DNA from: an uncultured Actinomycetota bacterium
Lineage (GTDB): Bacteria; Actinomycetota; Geothermincolia; Geothermincolales; Geothermincolaceae
Length of the DNA stretch: 64,000 bases
Direction of reading: 5' to 3'
NCBI GenBank assembly: GCA_964515075.1
Contig: CAZETE010000001.1
Coordinates: 34,623 to 98,622 of the forward strand
Shown: positions 55,527 to 64,000 of the stretch, piece after piece
Numbering within the stretch: position 1 is the first letter of the stretch
Layout of the letters: each line of letters begins with the position of its first letter
Notes under the pieces: generated by a model
What the model saw: only the letters and a program-made list of their open reading frames with translations
Told to the model about the DNA's origin: nothing
Databases searched by the model: none
Position numbers and translations under genes: made by a program

Positions 55527-55652
55527 ACGGCTAACCCCCGTAAATCGTCCGGTACCGTTGGCCTTTCCGGCCGTCCTAAAACATTATAACAGCAAGTCCG
55601 CGTAGTTGAAGGGGCCCTCGAGACCGTAAGCCGCAGCCGCTTGGCGGCGGGG

Positions 55653-55931
55653 TCAGAAGGCCTCCCCGTCCTCAACCTTACCTGAAAGGACGGCCGAAAG
55701 CCTCAAGATGTCCTCCTCCGAGAAGAGTGAATCGCCGCCGCGCAGCCTCTCCTTCTTGCGCTTGACGATCTCGGCGCGGAGTATGTCTATCTTGCCGTGC
55801 AGGATGCGCCGGCGGTAAGAGATCTCCCTCTCCTCGCGCAGCATGGTGTTGAGGATCTCCTTCAATTCCTCGTCGGACCTCTTCTCGAAATCGATGAAGA
55901 TGTCCGCGGCGCTCGAATCATGCGAATCCAT
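55653..55931 (-). CDS. hypothetical small protein (92 aa, acidic N-terminus, basic helical C-terminus)
   Basis: ATG after GGGGAGGAG. No recognised domain. Confidence 0.45.
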   Translation of the reverse strand: MDSHDSSAADIFIDFEKRSDEELKEILNTMLREEREISYRRRILHGKIDILRAEIVKRKKERLRGGDSLFSEEDILRLSAVLSGKVEDGEAF

Positions 55932-55995
55932 CAAGCTCCTCCCCTCGCCTGTCGCCTTCAAACATTCTAGCACAGACGTCGGGCGAAGTAACGGG

Positions 55996-56811
55996 TCAGT
56001 GGAGTTGCGACCATGCGGTAGAGGTATAGGCTTGCAGCAGCGAGTCGGCGGCGGCCCTCTCGGCCCCGGTAAGCTCGCCCGGCACCAGCCGGACGCGGAA
56101 CTCGGACTCAAAGCCGTGCCTGAAAGCAAGCGCTATCTCGTCCCAGGAGGCGCCGACGGTCAGCTCTTCCAGGCAGGTGCAGGCGCGTGCGTATTCTCTC
56201 GGCTCCTCCCCGGCCTCGTCCGCGGTGCCGGAGAGCAGGCTGAAGAGGAGGTCGCCGTGGTCCTTGAGGGGGATGGTCCCGTGCTGCAGGATGGCGCCGC
56301 CCCTGCGGGTCTGGGCGCTGCCGCAGAGCTTGCGCCCGCCCGCCTGCAGGTCGGCGGAGGCGGGCGCGGAGAAGCAGGCCCGCACGCCGGATCGCCCGCC
56401 GCCGCGCGGCACCAGTCCGGCGTCAATCCCCAGGGCCGCCAGCGCCGCGATTATCCCCCGGCAGATGAACGCGTAGGACTCCTCCACCCCCTGCGGCATC
56501 CGCGCCGAGGGTGGCAACACCAGCGAGTAAGTGAAGTCGTCCTTGTGCAGGATGGCCTTTCCCCCGGTGGGCCGGCGGACGACGTCGAACCCCCTGCGCC
56601 GGCAGGCCTCCGGATCCGCGTGGCCGGCGGGCTGAAAGCGGCCCAGGGTGAGGGCGGGAGGGTCGAAGCGGTAGAACCTCAAGGTCGGCGGGAAGCCCTC
56701 GGCGGACGCCGATTCCAGCAGGGCCTGGTCCAAGGCCATCTGGCGGAACCCGTCGGCGGCGGTGGCCGGCAGGAGCCTCCAGGCAGGCGGTCTCGAGTTC
56801 TTCCCCGGCAC
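55996..56811 (-). CDS. lipoate--protein ligase / octanoyltransferase family protein (BPL/LPL catalytic domain)
   Basis: LplA/LipM-like RFYRFDPPALTLGRFQ and a GGKAILH lysine motif. N-terminal start uncertain. Confidence 0.7.
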   Translation of the reverse strand: MPGKNSRPPAWRLLPATAADGFRQMALDQALLESASAEGFPPTLRFYRFDPPALTLGRFQPAGHADPEACRRRGFDVVRRPTGGKAILHKDDFTYSLVLPPSARMPQGVEESYAFICRGIIAALAALGIDAGLVPRGGGRSGVRACFSAPASADLQAGGRKLCGSAQTRRGGAILQHGTIPLKDHGDLLFSLLSGTADEAGEEPREYARACTCLEELTVGASWDEIALAFRHGFESEFRVRLVPGELTGAERAAADSLLQAYTSTAWSQLH

Positions 56812-56817
56812 GGCCGC

Positions 56818-57351
56818 TCAGACCAGTTCGGCCTGCATGACTTCGCTGAGCTGGGAAAGGATGAAGGCGTCGGTCTCGGTGGAGAGCGAGGCCACGCCCT
56901 CCTTGAAGACGCTTATGCCGTAACCCCGCATGGCCCCGTCGAGGGCGGTGGCATAGACGCAGATGTTGGTGAGCACGCCGGTGAGATAGAGGCGGCCCAC
57001 GCCGCGCTCGCGCAGCAGCAGGTCGAGGTCGGTGCCGAAGAAGGCGGAGTACCTGCGCTTCCGGAGCAGGTACTCGCCCGGCCGGGGCGCCAGCTCCTCC
57101 ACCACCTCGCCCCCCCAGGTGCCCTGCAGCGCATGGGGCGGCCAGGCCTTGAACTCGGTGTCGTCCGGGAGGTGGGCGTCGGCCACGAAGACCACCGGTA
57201 TTTTAGCGGCGCGCGCCGCCTCCAGCGCCCCGGCGACGACCGGCACGATGCGCCCGGCGCCCGGCACCGCAAGCGCACCCTCCTCCTTGATGAAGTCGTT
57301 GAGCATGTCGATGATCAGCAGCGCGCCGTCCGGCTTGAACCCTATCTCCAT
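56818..57351 (-). CDS. isochorismatase-family cysteine hydrolase (nicotinamidase-like)
   Basis: LLIIDMLNDF, and catalytic triad context D...K...C (TNICV). Start at ATG 57351 after AAGGGAGAG; the ATG at 57369 is an alternative. Confidence 0.75.
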   Translation of the reverse strand: MEIGFKPDGALLIIDMLNDFIKEEGALAVPGAGRIVPVVAGALEAARAAKIPVVFVADAHLPDDTEFKAWPPHALQGTWGGEVVEELAPRPGEYLLRKRRYSAFFGTDLDLLLRERGVGRLYLTGVLTNICVYATALDGAMRGYGISVFKEGVASLSTETDAFILSQLSEVMQAELV

Positions 57352-57383
57352 CTCGCTCTCCCTTTCCATCGGGGCCTCAGCGT

Positions 57384-59879
57384 TCACGATACGAAGCCTC
57401 GGATGAGGGCCAGCAGCTCCTCGACGGTGGCCTCGCAGCGCTCGGCGTCGGCCGCGTCGGCGATGACGTGCAGCACCGGCTCTTCCGAATCGGGCAGGAC
57501 CAGGACCCAGTCGTCGCCGTCCAGGAAGATCTTCAGCCCGTCGGTGAGGTCCACGCGGCGGTCGGCGCTCCACTCGCGCATGCGGCGCATGATCAGCCCG
57601 ATATTCTCCCACGAGGTGGAGAACTCACGGGCCTGGTAATGGAAGGCGGGCAGCTCCGCCAGCTCGACGCTCAAGGGCCGTTCGGGGAAGGTGAGCAGCT
57701 CCAGCAGCTTGACCAGGCTGATCATCCCGTCGTAAGCCGGAAGGAAGGCGGGGAAGATGTATCCCCCCGCGCCCGCCCCGGCGAAGACCAGGTCTTCCTT
57801 GAGGGCGGTATACATCAGGGCGTTGCGGCTCACCTTGGTGCGCAGCACCGGGCTGCCCGACGCCGCGGCCACAGCCTCCACCGCCGAGGTCACGGTGACG
57901 GGAACGGCGATGCGCGATCCGCGGTGCCTGGCCGTGACCAGGTGCGAGAAGAGGAGCAGGGCCGAGTTCAAGTCGACGTGGCGCCCTGCGTCGTCGAGGA
58001 GGAAGAGCCTCTCGCCGGAGCTGTCGATGACCGCGCCGAGGTCCGCCCCGGACTCCTTCACCAGCCCGGAAACCTGCTCGATATTGCGGGTAAGGGACTC
58101 GAAGCCGAGGGAGGCCCGGTGCTCGTCGACGTAGGAGTTGAGGCTGAGCAGGTCGCACCCCAGGCTTCCCAGGATGCTCGGGAGCAGCGGACCGGTGCTC
58201 CCGAAGGCGCAGTCCACCACGATCTTGAAGGCGCGCCGGCGCACCCGCTCCGCCTCCACCTGCTCCAACAGCGACTTGGTGTAGGCCTCCACGGCGCGGT
58301 GGGGAAAGCCGATGGCCCCCATCTCCTGGCCGAAGGCGCGGCGGAAGTTGGCCTGGGAGAAGACCTTCTCGATGTTGCGCTGCAGTCCCTCGGAGAGGTC
58401 GATGCCCTCTCCGTCCATGAACTGGATGTCTACGGACTGCGGCTCCACGGGCGAGGTGCGGACGTCGATGCCCCCCGCCGAGCGCTGGGCCCGGATGGTG
58501 AAGCGGTTGACGGGTATGGGGGAGATCTCCAGGTCGGAAACGTTGACCCCGGTGGCGTTGAGCCCGGTGATGATGGCGCGTTTGATGGTGCGGGCCTGCC
58601 GGGAAGCGTCCCGGCTGGTGACCACCTGGGAGTTGCGCGGCAGGATGGAGCCGTAGGCCATGGCCATGCGCAGGGCGTGCTCCGGGGTGATGTCCACGTT
58701 GGTGATCCCCGAGACGATGCCGTTTCCGAAGAGGGTGCGCATGCCCTTCGATTCCCAGATTATGCTGGTGTTGACGGTGGCGCCCGCCTCGATGGTCTTG
58801 AACGGATAGATCTTCACGTCGTGGTTGATGCGGACGTTCTCCCCCACCAGACAGTCGTCGCCGATGACCACCCCCTCCTCCACGCGCACGTTGGATTTCA
58901 GGTCGCAGTTCTTGCCGACGACGCACCCCCTCAGGTGGGAGCCGCCTCCCACGTAGGTGTTGTCGAAGACGATGGAGCGGTGGACGAAGGAGCCCGCCTT
59001 GACCGCCACGTTCTCCCCGATGACCGCGTACTCGCGGAGGGTGGCACCGGCCTCCACCTTGCTGTGGGCGCCGATGACCGCCGGACCCGTGACGCTGGCG
59101 CCCTCCGCGATCTCCGCCTCCTCCCCCAGCCAGATGCCGCGGCTCACCTGGAAGCCGGGGGGAGTGACCTCGACCTTGCCGTCCAGCACGTCTTTCTGCG
59201 CGCTCAGGTATTGGGCGAAGTTGCCCACGTCGCACCAGTACCCCTCGGCCACGTACCCGTAAAGGGGGTAGCCCTCCCTGAGCAGCAGGGGGAAGAGGTC
59301 CTGGCTGAAGTCGAAGGGGCCCTCGCCGGGGATGTGCTCGAAGATGACCGGGTCCAGCACGTAGATGCCGGTGTTGATGGTGTCGGAGAAGACCTGGCCC
59401 CAGTTGGGCTTCTCCAGAAACCGCTCGATGCGGCCTTCCTCGTCGGTGACCACGATGCCGAACTCCAGGGGGTTGGCCACGCTCACCAGCACCAGGGTGG
59501 CCACGGCGCCCTTCTGCCGGTGGAAGTCGACGGCGCGGGTCAGGTCGATGTCGGTGAGGGCGTCGCCGCTGATGACCAGGAAGGGTCCGTCCAGATAGCC
59601 GCTGCAGTTCTTGACGCTGCCGGCGGTGCCCAGGGGGGTCTTCTCCAGGGCGTAGGTGAGGCTTACTCCCCACTGCGACCCGTCGTCGAAGTAGCTGCTG
59701 ATGTTGGTGGGCAGGAACTGCAGGGTGGCGTAGAGGTCGGTTATCCCGTGGGCGTGCAGCAGGTTGACGATGTGCTCCATGATGGGCCGGTTCACCACCG
59801 GCAGCATGGGCTTGGGGATGCTGGAGGTCAACGGGCGCAGGCGAGTACCCTGCCCTCCCGCCATGATCACTGCCTTCAT
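57384..59879 (-). CDS. bifunctional sugar-1-phosphate nucleotidyltransferase / phosphohexomutase (NTP-transferase + LbH + PGM/PMM domains), 831 aa
   Basis: N-terminal MKAVIMAGGQGTRLRPLT and left-handed beta-helix hexapeptides. The C-terminal alpha-D-phosphohexomutase domains carry the active-site Ser loop TSRDAS and a GIVVTDEEGR-like motif. Confidence 0.8.
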   Translation of the reverse strand: MKAVIMAGGQGTRLRPLTSSIPKPMLPVVNRPIMEHIVNLLHAHGITDLYATLQFLPTNISSYFDDGSQWGVSLTYALEKTPLGTAGSVKNCSGYLDGPFLVISGDALTDIDLTRAVDFHRQKGAVATLVLVSVANPLEFGIVVTDEEGRIERFLEKPNWGQVFSDTINTGIYVLDPVIFEHIPGEGPFDFSQDLFPLLLREGYPLYGYVAEGYWCDVGNFAQYLSAQKDVLDGKVEVTPPGFQVSRGIWLGEEAEIAEGASVTGPAVIGAHSKVEAGATLREYAVIGENVAVKAGSFVHRSIVFDNTYVGGGSHLRGCVVGKNCDLKSNVRVEEGVVIGDDCLVGENVRINHDVKIYPFKTIEAGATVNTSIIWESKGMRTLFGNGIVSGITNVDITPEHALRMAMAYGSILPRNSQVVTSRDASRQARTIKRAIITGLNATGVNVSDLEISPIPVNRFTIRAQRSAGGIDVRTSPVEPQSVDIQFMDGEGIDLSEGLQRNIEKVFSQANFRRAFGQEMGAIGFPHRAVEAYTKSLLEQVEAERVRRRAFKIVVDCAFGSTGPLLPSILGSLGCDLLSLNSYVDEHRASLGFESLTRNIEQVSGLVKESGADLGAVIDSSGERLFLLDDAGRHVDLNSALLLFSHLVTARHRGSRIAVPVTVTSAVEAVAAASGSPVLRTKVSRNALMYTALKEDLVFAGAGAGGYIFPAFLPAYDGMISLVKLLELLTFPERPLSVELAELPAFHYQAREFSTSWENIGLIMRRMREWSADRRVDLTDGLKIFLDGDDWVLVLPDSEEPVLHVIADAADAERCEATVEELLALIRGFVS

Positions 59880-59900
59880 GTAGCTCCTCCAGGCTCCGGG

Positions 59901-60584
59901 CTAGGCGAGATAGTCCATGACCAGCACCCGGGTGGACTCCGGGAGCGCGGCCCGGTCGAGGTAGACCGCTTCCTTGCCGGCGTAGGCCACGTCTGAGAAC
60001 CTCTCGGCGAAGGGCTCCACTCCCTGCAGGGAGAAGTTCAAGGGCTCGGTCTGGTAGTGCATGGGAACGGCGATGCGCGGGGACACCGCTCGCACCACTT
60101 CCTCCGCCCCGGCGTCGTCGATGGTGAAGGTCCCTCCCACCGGGACGAAGAGCACGTCGACGCCGCGCAGCCCCTCGAGCTGCCCGGGCTCGAGCCGGTG
60201 GCCGAGGTCGCCCAGGTGGGCGAGGCTTATCCCGGCCATGCTCCAGCGGAAGATGATGTTGGAGCCGCGGTCGGCGCCCCCTCTCGCGTCGTGGGCCGAC
60301 GGCAGCCCCTCGATCTCCAGCCCCCCGCTCGAGCGGTGGCGCCCGGGTTGGCTGATCACCTCCGGACTCCCCTGCAACCCGCCCACGTTGGCGTGGTCAT
60401 AGTGGCCGTGGCTCACCAGCACCAGCGCCGGCTCCAACTCGGGGAAGGCGTAGCCGATCTGCGGGTCGTAGGGGTCGGTGGCCACGATATTCCCCCGGTC
60501 GTCGGATACCAGGAACAGCGAGTGGCCGTACCAGGCGATGCTGACGAAGGGCGGGGAAACGCGGCTGCGCGGAAACTCGCTCAA
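59901..60584 (-). CDS. MBL-fold metallo-hydrolase
   Basis: HGHYDH motif. TTG start overlapping the pgsA stop (TTGA), after AAGGAGGGG. Confidence 0.75.
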   Translation of the reverse strand: MSEFPRSRVSPPFVSIAWYGHSLFLVSDDRGNIVATDPYDPQIGYAFPELEPALVLVSHGHYDHANVGGLQGSPEVISQPGRHRSSGGLEIEGLPSAHDARGGADRGSNIIFRWSMAGISLAHLGDLGHRLEPGQLEGLRGVDVLFVPVGGTFTIDDAGAEEVVRAVSPRIAVPMHYQTEPLNFSLQGVEPFAERFSDVAYAGKEAVYLDRAALPESTRVLVMDYLA

Positions 60585-61213
60585 GCGGACCCCTCCTTGA
60601 GATTCCTCAGGATATCTATACCCCGGTAGACGTAGATGAAACCGCTGAGGTAGGAGAAGGCCACCCCCATGCAGAAGGGGACGAACCCGTACCAGCTGAC
60701 GGGCAGGGAGTCCGAGATCCACCAGGTCCGCGTGTTCAGTATGAGGAAGAAGCATATCGCCCCGAAGAGAAAGGCGGTGGCCGCCTTCCCCGTCCAGTGC
60801 ACCGCCAGCCGGTCCCGGACTTCCTGGCGGTTGATGCCCACCAGGGGCGCGCCCGCCAGCATCAGGACGTCCCTGGAGACGATGAGGATGCCCATCCACA
60901 GCGGCAGGAACCCCTTGATCATCAGGGACAGCAGCACCGAGATGACCAGCAGCCGGTCGGCCAGGGGGTCCACCAGCTTGCCGAACTCGGTGATGGTGTC
61001 GGTGCGCCGGGCTATCTGCCCGTCGATGAAGTCCGTCGAGGCGGCGAAGAGGAAGGTGAAGAGGGCCGCGTAATGCCACCCGTCGACGGCCTCTTTCGAG
61101 GAGGCGAAGATGAACCAGACGATCAGGGGAACGAGCAGCAGTCGCAGCACCGAGAAGATGTTGGCCAGGTTGCGGGAGAGCCAACCCCTTTCGCCGGCGC
61201 CCGTTCCCTCCAT
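60581..61213 (-). CDS. pgsA: CDP-alcohol phosphatidyltransferase (PgsA-like)
   Basis: DFIDGQIARR...G...DPLAD signature. ATG at 61213 after AGGAGGTG. Confidence 0.8.
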   Translation of the reverse strand: MEGTGAGERGWLSRNLANIFSVLRLLLVPLIVWFIFASSKEAVDGWHYAALFTFLFAASTDFIDGQIARRTDTITEFGKLVDPLADRLLVISVLLSLMIKGFLPLWMGILIVSRDVLMLAGAPLVGINRQEVRDRLAVHWTGKAATAFLFGAICFFLILNTRTWWISDSLPVSWYGFVPFCMGVAFSYLSGFIYVYRGIDILRNLKEGSA

Positions 61214-61250
61214 CCTGCCACCTCCTAAACAAGCCTGCCCGCCGCCTAAT

Positions 61251-61278
61251 GGAAAAGGCCCGCATGAGGCCTTTTTTG
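61251..61278. terminator. bidirectional intrinsic terminator hairpin between tRNA-Pro and pgsA
   Basis: AAAAGGCC-cgcatga-GGCCTTTTTT. An A-tract and a T-tract flank an 8-bp stem including the A:T pairs, so it is competent on either strand. Confidence 0.45.
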
Positions 61279-61356
61279 TGGTCGGGACGAGAGGATTTGA
61301 ACCTCCGACCTCTGGACCCCCAGTCCAGCGCGCTAACCAAGCTGCGCTACGTCCCG
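61279..61356 (-). tRNA. tRNA-Pro (anticodon GGG), genomically encoded CCA
   Basis: Manual fold: acceptor CGGGACG/CGTCCCG; D-stem GCGC/GCGC; anticodon stem CTGGA/TCCAG with loop CTGGGGG (G37 is typical for Pro); T-arm GGAGG-TTCAAAT-CCTCT; discriminator A; CCA. Confidence 0.85.
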
Positions 61357-61383
61357 CCGTCATGCCGTCCACGGCACGCAGGT

Positions 61384-61392
61384 ATTATAGCA
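61384..61392 (-). promoter_or_regulatory. extended -10 TGCTATAAT upstream of tRNA-Pro
   Basis: On the minus strand: TGCTATAAT about 27 nt upstream of the tRNA 5' end. This is the same 9-mer as at the plsY promoter. Confidence 0.35.
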
Positions 61393-61423
61393 CAGACGGG
61401 GAAGGAGGCGCCGGCAAGGGCTC

Positions 61424-63427
61424 TCAAGGGGCGTAGACGGAGACCCGGTCCCTCCCCTGCCGCTTGGCCAGGTAGAGCGCCTGGTCGCTGCGGTGGATGA
61501 GCTCGGCCCCGTCCGCGGCGTCGACCGGGTAACAGGCTACCCCGATGCTGATGGTCAGGAGGCCCTCCGGCTGCTCTTCCTCGAAGGGAAAGCGGTGGTC
61601 GCGCACCACCTTGCGCAGGCGCTCGGCCAGGAAGGAGACGTCTTCCTTGTCCAGCTCCGGGGCGAGCACCGAGAATTCCTCCCCCCCGTAGCGGAAGACC
61701 GTGTCCACGTCGCGCACGCTCTCCTGCAGCAGCCTGGCCAGTATGCGCAGCACCTCGTCCCCCATGGGATGCCCGTGACGGTCGTTGTACCACTTGAAGT
61801 GGTCGATGTCGATCATGATGAAGGAGAGGGGGTGGTCATAGCGCACGGACCGCTTGACCTCCTCCTCCAGGATGCTGGCCAGGTAGCGCCGGTTGTAGAG
61901 GCCGGTCAAGGCGTCGGTGATGGCCAGCCGGTTGATCTCGTCGAAGAGGTGGGCACGCTCCACCGCCATGCCCACCTGCTCGCCGATGGCATTGGCCAGG
62001 GTCGCGTCGCTCTGGGTAAAGGTGCCCTGGTAGCGGCTGGCCAGGTGGAGGATGCCGTAGACGTTGTTGGAGCTCTTGATGGGAACGCAGAGGATGGACC
62101 TGACCCCCCTGTCCACCCGCAGGTTGGGGCAGCGCTCGTCGCTGGATACGTCGTCGGAGAGGAAGGGCCTGTCGTTGCAGAGCACGAAGCACGAGTCGAT
62201 CCGCTCGAAGGGCCGGCCGATGTTGTGCTGCCGGTACTTGTCGCTGAAGCCGAAGTGGCGCACCGGCTCCAGCAGGCCGGTCTCGTGGTTCAAGATGTTG
62301 ATCAGCGCCATGTCCGCCGCGAAGAGTCCGCGCACCACGTCCAGGGCCAGGGTGTAGATATGGTCGATGGAGGAGACGCTGCCGATGGCGTCGACCACCC
62401 GGATGAGCGAGGAGAGCTGGGCCACGTTCTCCTCGGAGGAGCGGTAGAGGATGGCGTTCTCCAGGTACAACGAGACGTGGGCGGAGACCAGCTCCAGCAG
62501 ACGCGCGTCGCGCCGGTGGAAGCGGCGCATCCCCGTCCGCCCGCAGAGGGCCACGTAGCCGATGTTCTTACCCCGGGAGAGCAGGGGCACGATGAGGCAG
62601 TCGCGCAGGGCGGCGTCGGGCCCGGGACCGCCGTGCCCTCCCGGCAGCAACAAGGCCCCGGGGCCCGTAGCGGCCGGGTCCAGGGCCTGCAGGCCGTCCG
62701 CGGCCGCGGAGAAGGCCTCCAGGTCCTCCTCGGGCACCCCCAGGGCGGGCAGCTGCAGCCGCAGGGTGCGGTCTTCGCCCTCGAAGAGGTAGACGAGCAC
62801 CATCTTGGCCTTGAAGTTCTGGGCGATCACCGACGCCAGGGCAGTCACCACGCCGGAGAGGGCCGGGGTGGAACTGCCGGCCTGGGAGATCCGGTAGAGC
62901 AGGGTCAGCTTCTGGCGGTCGCCGTTGACCAGGGAGGTCACGTAGACGTCCAGGGCGGTGGAACCGACGATGTAGGCGTAGCGCAGGGCCAGCAGCGCCG
63001 CAAGGTCATCGACGCCGGTGGTCTCGCTGGCCAGCAGGACTAAAGAGAAGGCGGCAAGCTGCAGGGCGCCGGTGGCCAGGGCCCCCGGCACCCCGAAATA
63101 GGATCCGGCGATGAGCGGCAGGATGCCCAGCAGCAGGTAGAGGTTGGAACTCACGCCGCCCGTTGCCGCGATCATCAGGAAGATGGCGGCGAAGTCCACT
63201 GAGGCCACTATAAAACGCAGGCTGCCCTGGTAGGAGAAGCCCTTGGGCCAGATGCCGTAGACCATGTTGCAGGCCGCGTAACAGCCGCAGAGGATGTAAG
63301 CGAAGGCCTTGTTGACCTCGCCCCCGGTGTATTCCGGGCTGAACTGCACAAAGGCCAGCACGATGAAGATGAGTATCCAACGGAAGACGTGTTCTCGCCG
63401 GAACACGTCCGCATGGGTCAACTCCAT
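61424..63427 (-). CDS. diguanylate cyclase: N-terminal multi-TM sensor region, two GAF domains, GGDEF domain (GGEEF active site)
   Basis: ATG at 63427 after AAGGAAGGGG. DALTGLYNRRY, RYGGEEF active site, and an RxxD I-site candidate upstream. Confidence 0.85.
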   Translation of the reverse strand: MELTHADVFRREHVFRWILIFIVLAFVQFSPEYTGGEVNKAFAYILCGCYAACNMVYGIWPKGFSYQGSLRFIVASVDFAAIFLMIAATGGVSSNLYLLLGILPLIAGSYFGVPGALATGALQLAAFSLVLLASETTGVDDLAALLALRYAYIVGSTALDVYVTSLVNGDRQKLTLLYRISQAGSSTPALSGVVTALASVIAQNFKAKMVLVYLFEGEDRTLRLQLPALGVPEEDLEAFSAAADGLQALDPAATGPGALLLPGGHGGPGPDAALRDCLIVPLLSRGKNIGYVALCGRTGMRRFHRRDARLLELVSAHVSLYLENAILYRSSEENVAQLSSLIRVVDAIGSVSSIDHIYTLALDVVRGLFAADMALINILNHETGLLEPVRHFGFSDKYRQHNIGRPFERIDSCFVLCNDRPFLSDDVSSDERCPNLRVDRGVRSILCVPIKSSNNVYGILHLASRYQGTFTQSDATLANAIGEQVGMAVERAHLFDEINRLAITDALTGLYNRRYLASILEEEVKRSVRYDHPLSFIMIDIDHFKWYNDRHGHPMGDEVLRILARLLQESVRDVDTVFRYGGEEFSVLAPELDKEDVSFLAERLRKVVRDHRFPFEEEQPEGLLTISIGVACYPVDAADGAELIHRSDQALYLAKRQGRDRVSVYAP

Positions 63428-63429
63428 CC

Positions 63430-64000
63430 TCAGCCCCTTCCTTCTTCCCGGCCGGGGCTGCCGTCCGCTCCCGCCGGGGGGCGTGCGCGCAGGACCGCGG
63501 AGGCCAGCGCGTCCCGCGCCTCCTCCAGGCCTTCGCCGCTCAGGGCGGAGACCTGCACCGCCTCGGGGTACCTCCGCTCGAGGCCCCTTCTTTCCTGAGT
63601 ACCACACCTGTCGATTTTGTTCAACAGGTCGAGGCGGGGGATCCCCTCCGCGCCGATCTCCGCGAGGACGTCGAGCACCGAGGCGGTCCTGCGTTCCGTG
63701 TCGGCGGCGGAGGCGTCGATGACGTGGACGATGCAGGAACTCTCGGCCACCTCCTCCAGGGTCGACTTGAAGGCCTCGATGAGCTGATGCGGCAGGTTGT
63801 CGATGAAGCCCACGGTGTCGGTCATGACCGCGGCGAGACCGGGCCCCAGGTGGAGGCGGCGGGTGGTGGAGTCGAGGGTGGAGAAGAGCCGGTCCTCCAC
63901 CGGGACGGAGGCGCGGGTCAGGCGGTTGAGCATGGTGGACTTGCCGGCGTTGGTGTAGCCCACCAGCGAGAAGGAGAAGAGTCCCTGCCTGGCCCGCCGC
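63430..64000 (-). CDS. hflX: GTPase HflX, 5'-partial (N-terminal region lies beyond the window end)
   Basis: G1 LVGYTNAGKSTMLN, DTVGFI, NKID. The reading frame stays open to position 64000. Confidence 0.85.
   Translation of the reverse strand, partial: RRARQGLFSFSLVGYTNAGKSTMLNRLTRASVPVEDRLFSTLDSTTRRLHLGPGLAAVMTDTVGFIDNLPHQLIEAFKSTLEEVAESSCIVHVIDASAADTERRTASVLDVLAEIGAEGIPRLDLLNKIDRCGTQERRGLERRYPEAVQVSALSGEGLEEARDALASAVLRARPPAGADGSPGREEGRG

Noticed and set aside
57468-59996. 842-aa plus-strand ORF and 682-aa minus alternative frame (57625-59673)
   Set aside because: Antisense or off-frame to the 831-aa nucleotidyltransferase/phosphohexomutase gene, whose frame carries the canonical N-terminal G-x-G-T-R-L motif.
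61493-63043. 516-aa plus-strand ORF
   Set aside because: Antisense to the GGDEF-GAF gene.

Overview
This 64 kb window is a visibly GC-rich bacterial chromosomal segment. Stop codons are rare, so every real gene is shadowed by long spurious antisense or off-frame ORFs, and these were filtered by protein-family recognition. I call about 62 protein genes, one tRNA (tRNA-Pro, anticodon GGG) and no rRNA. Coding density is high, with many 1-4 nt start/stop overlaps. Content is mostly housekeeping. It includes: dxs, frameshifted tlyA, nadK, recN and pyrG; a NUDIX hydrolase, ald, xerD and deoB; a CBS-domain CCA-adding enzyme, trpS, scpA, scpB and rluB; the aromatic amino-acid genes aroH, a DAHP synthase, tyrA and aroA; cmk, a DUF512 protein, der, plsY and gpsA; an anaerobic class III ribonucleotide reductase operon (nrdR, nrdD, a glutaredoxin-like gene, nrdG, a DUF3786-like gene); a MerR/FHA pair; pgsA; a GGDEF-GAF diguanylate cyclase; and hflX (partial). 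Gene order resembles Mycobacterium tuberculosis Rv1694-Rv1713 and Rv1822-Rv1829, so I infer an anaerobic or facultative member or relative of the Actinomycetota. The accessory signal is a REP-associated tyrosine transposase (RAYT, IS200/Y1-like) with perfect 22-bp terminal inverted repeats, inserted between der and plsY. Cognate REP hairpins (core GGGGTCAGGCCCC) are dispersed around ald and overlap the 3' ends of several genes. Other noteworthy points are a +1 frameshift in a C9 homopolymer inside tlyA, an uncharacterised operon of a B12-binding radical SAM protein with a zinc-ribbon membrane protein, and the unusual make-up of the nrd operon. No CRISPR array, rRNA or prophage was found. All calls rest on reading the sequence and the six-frame track, with no database searches.
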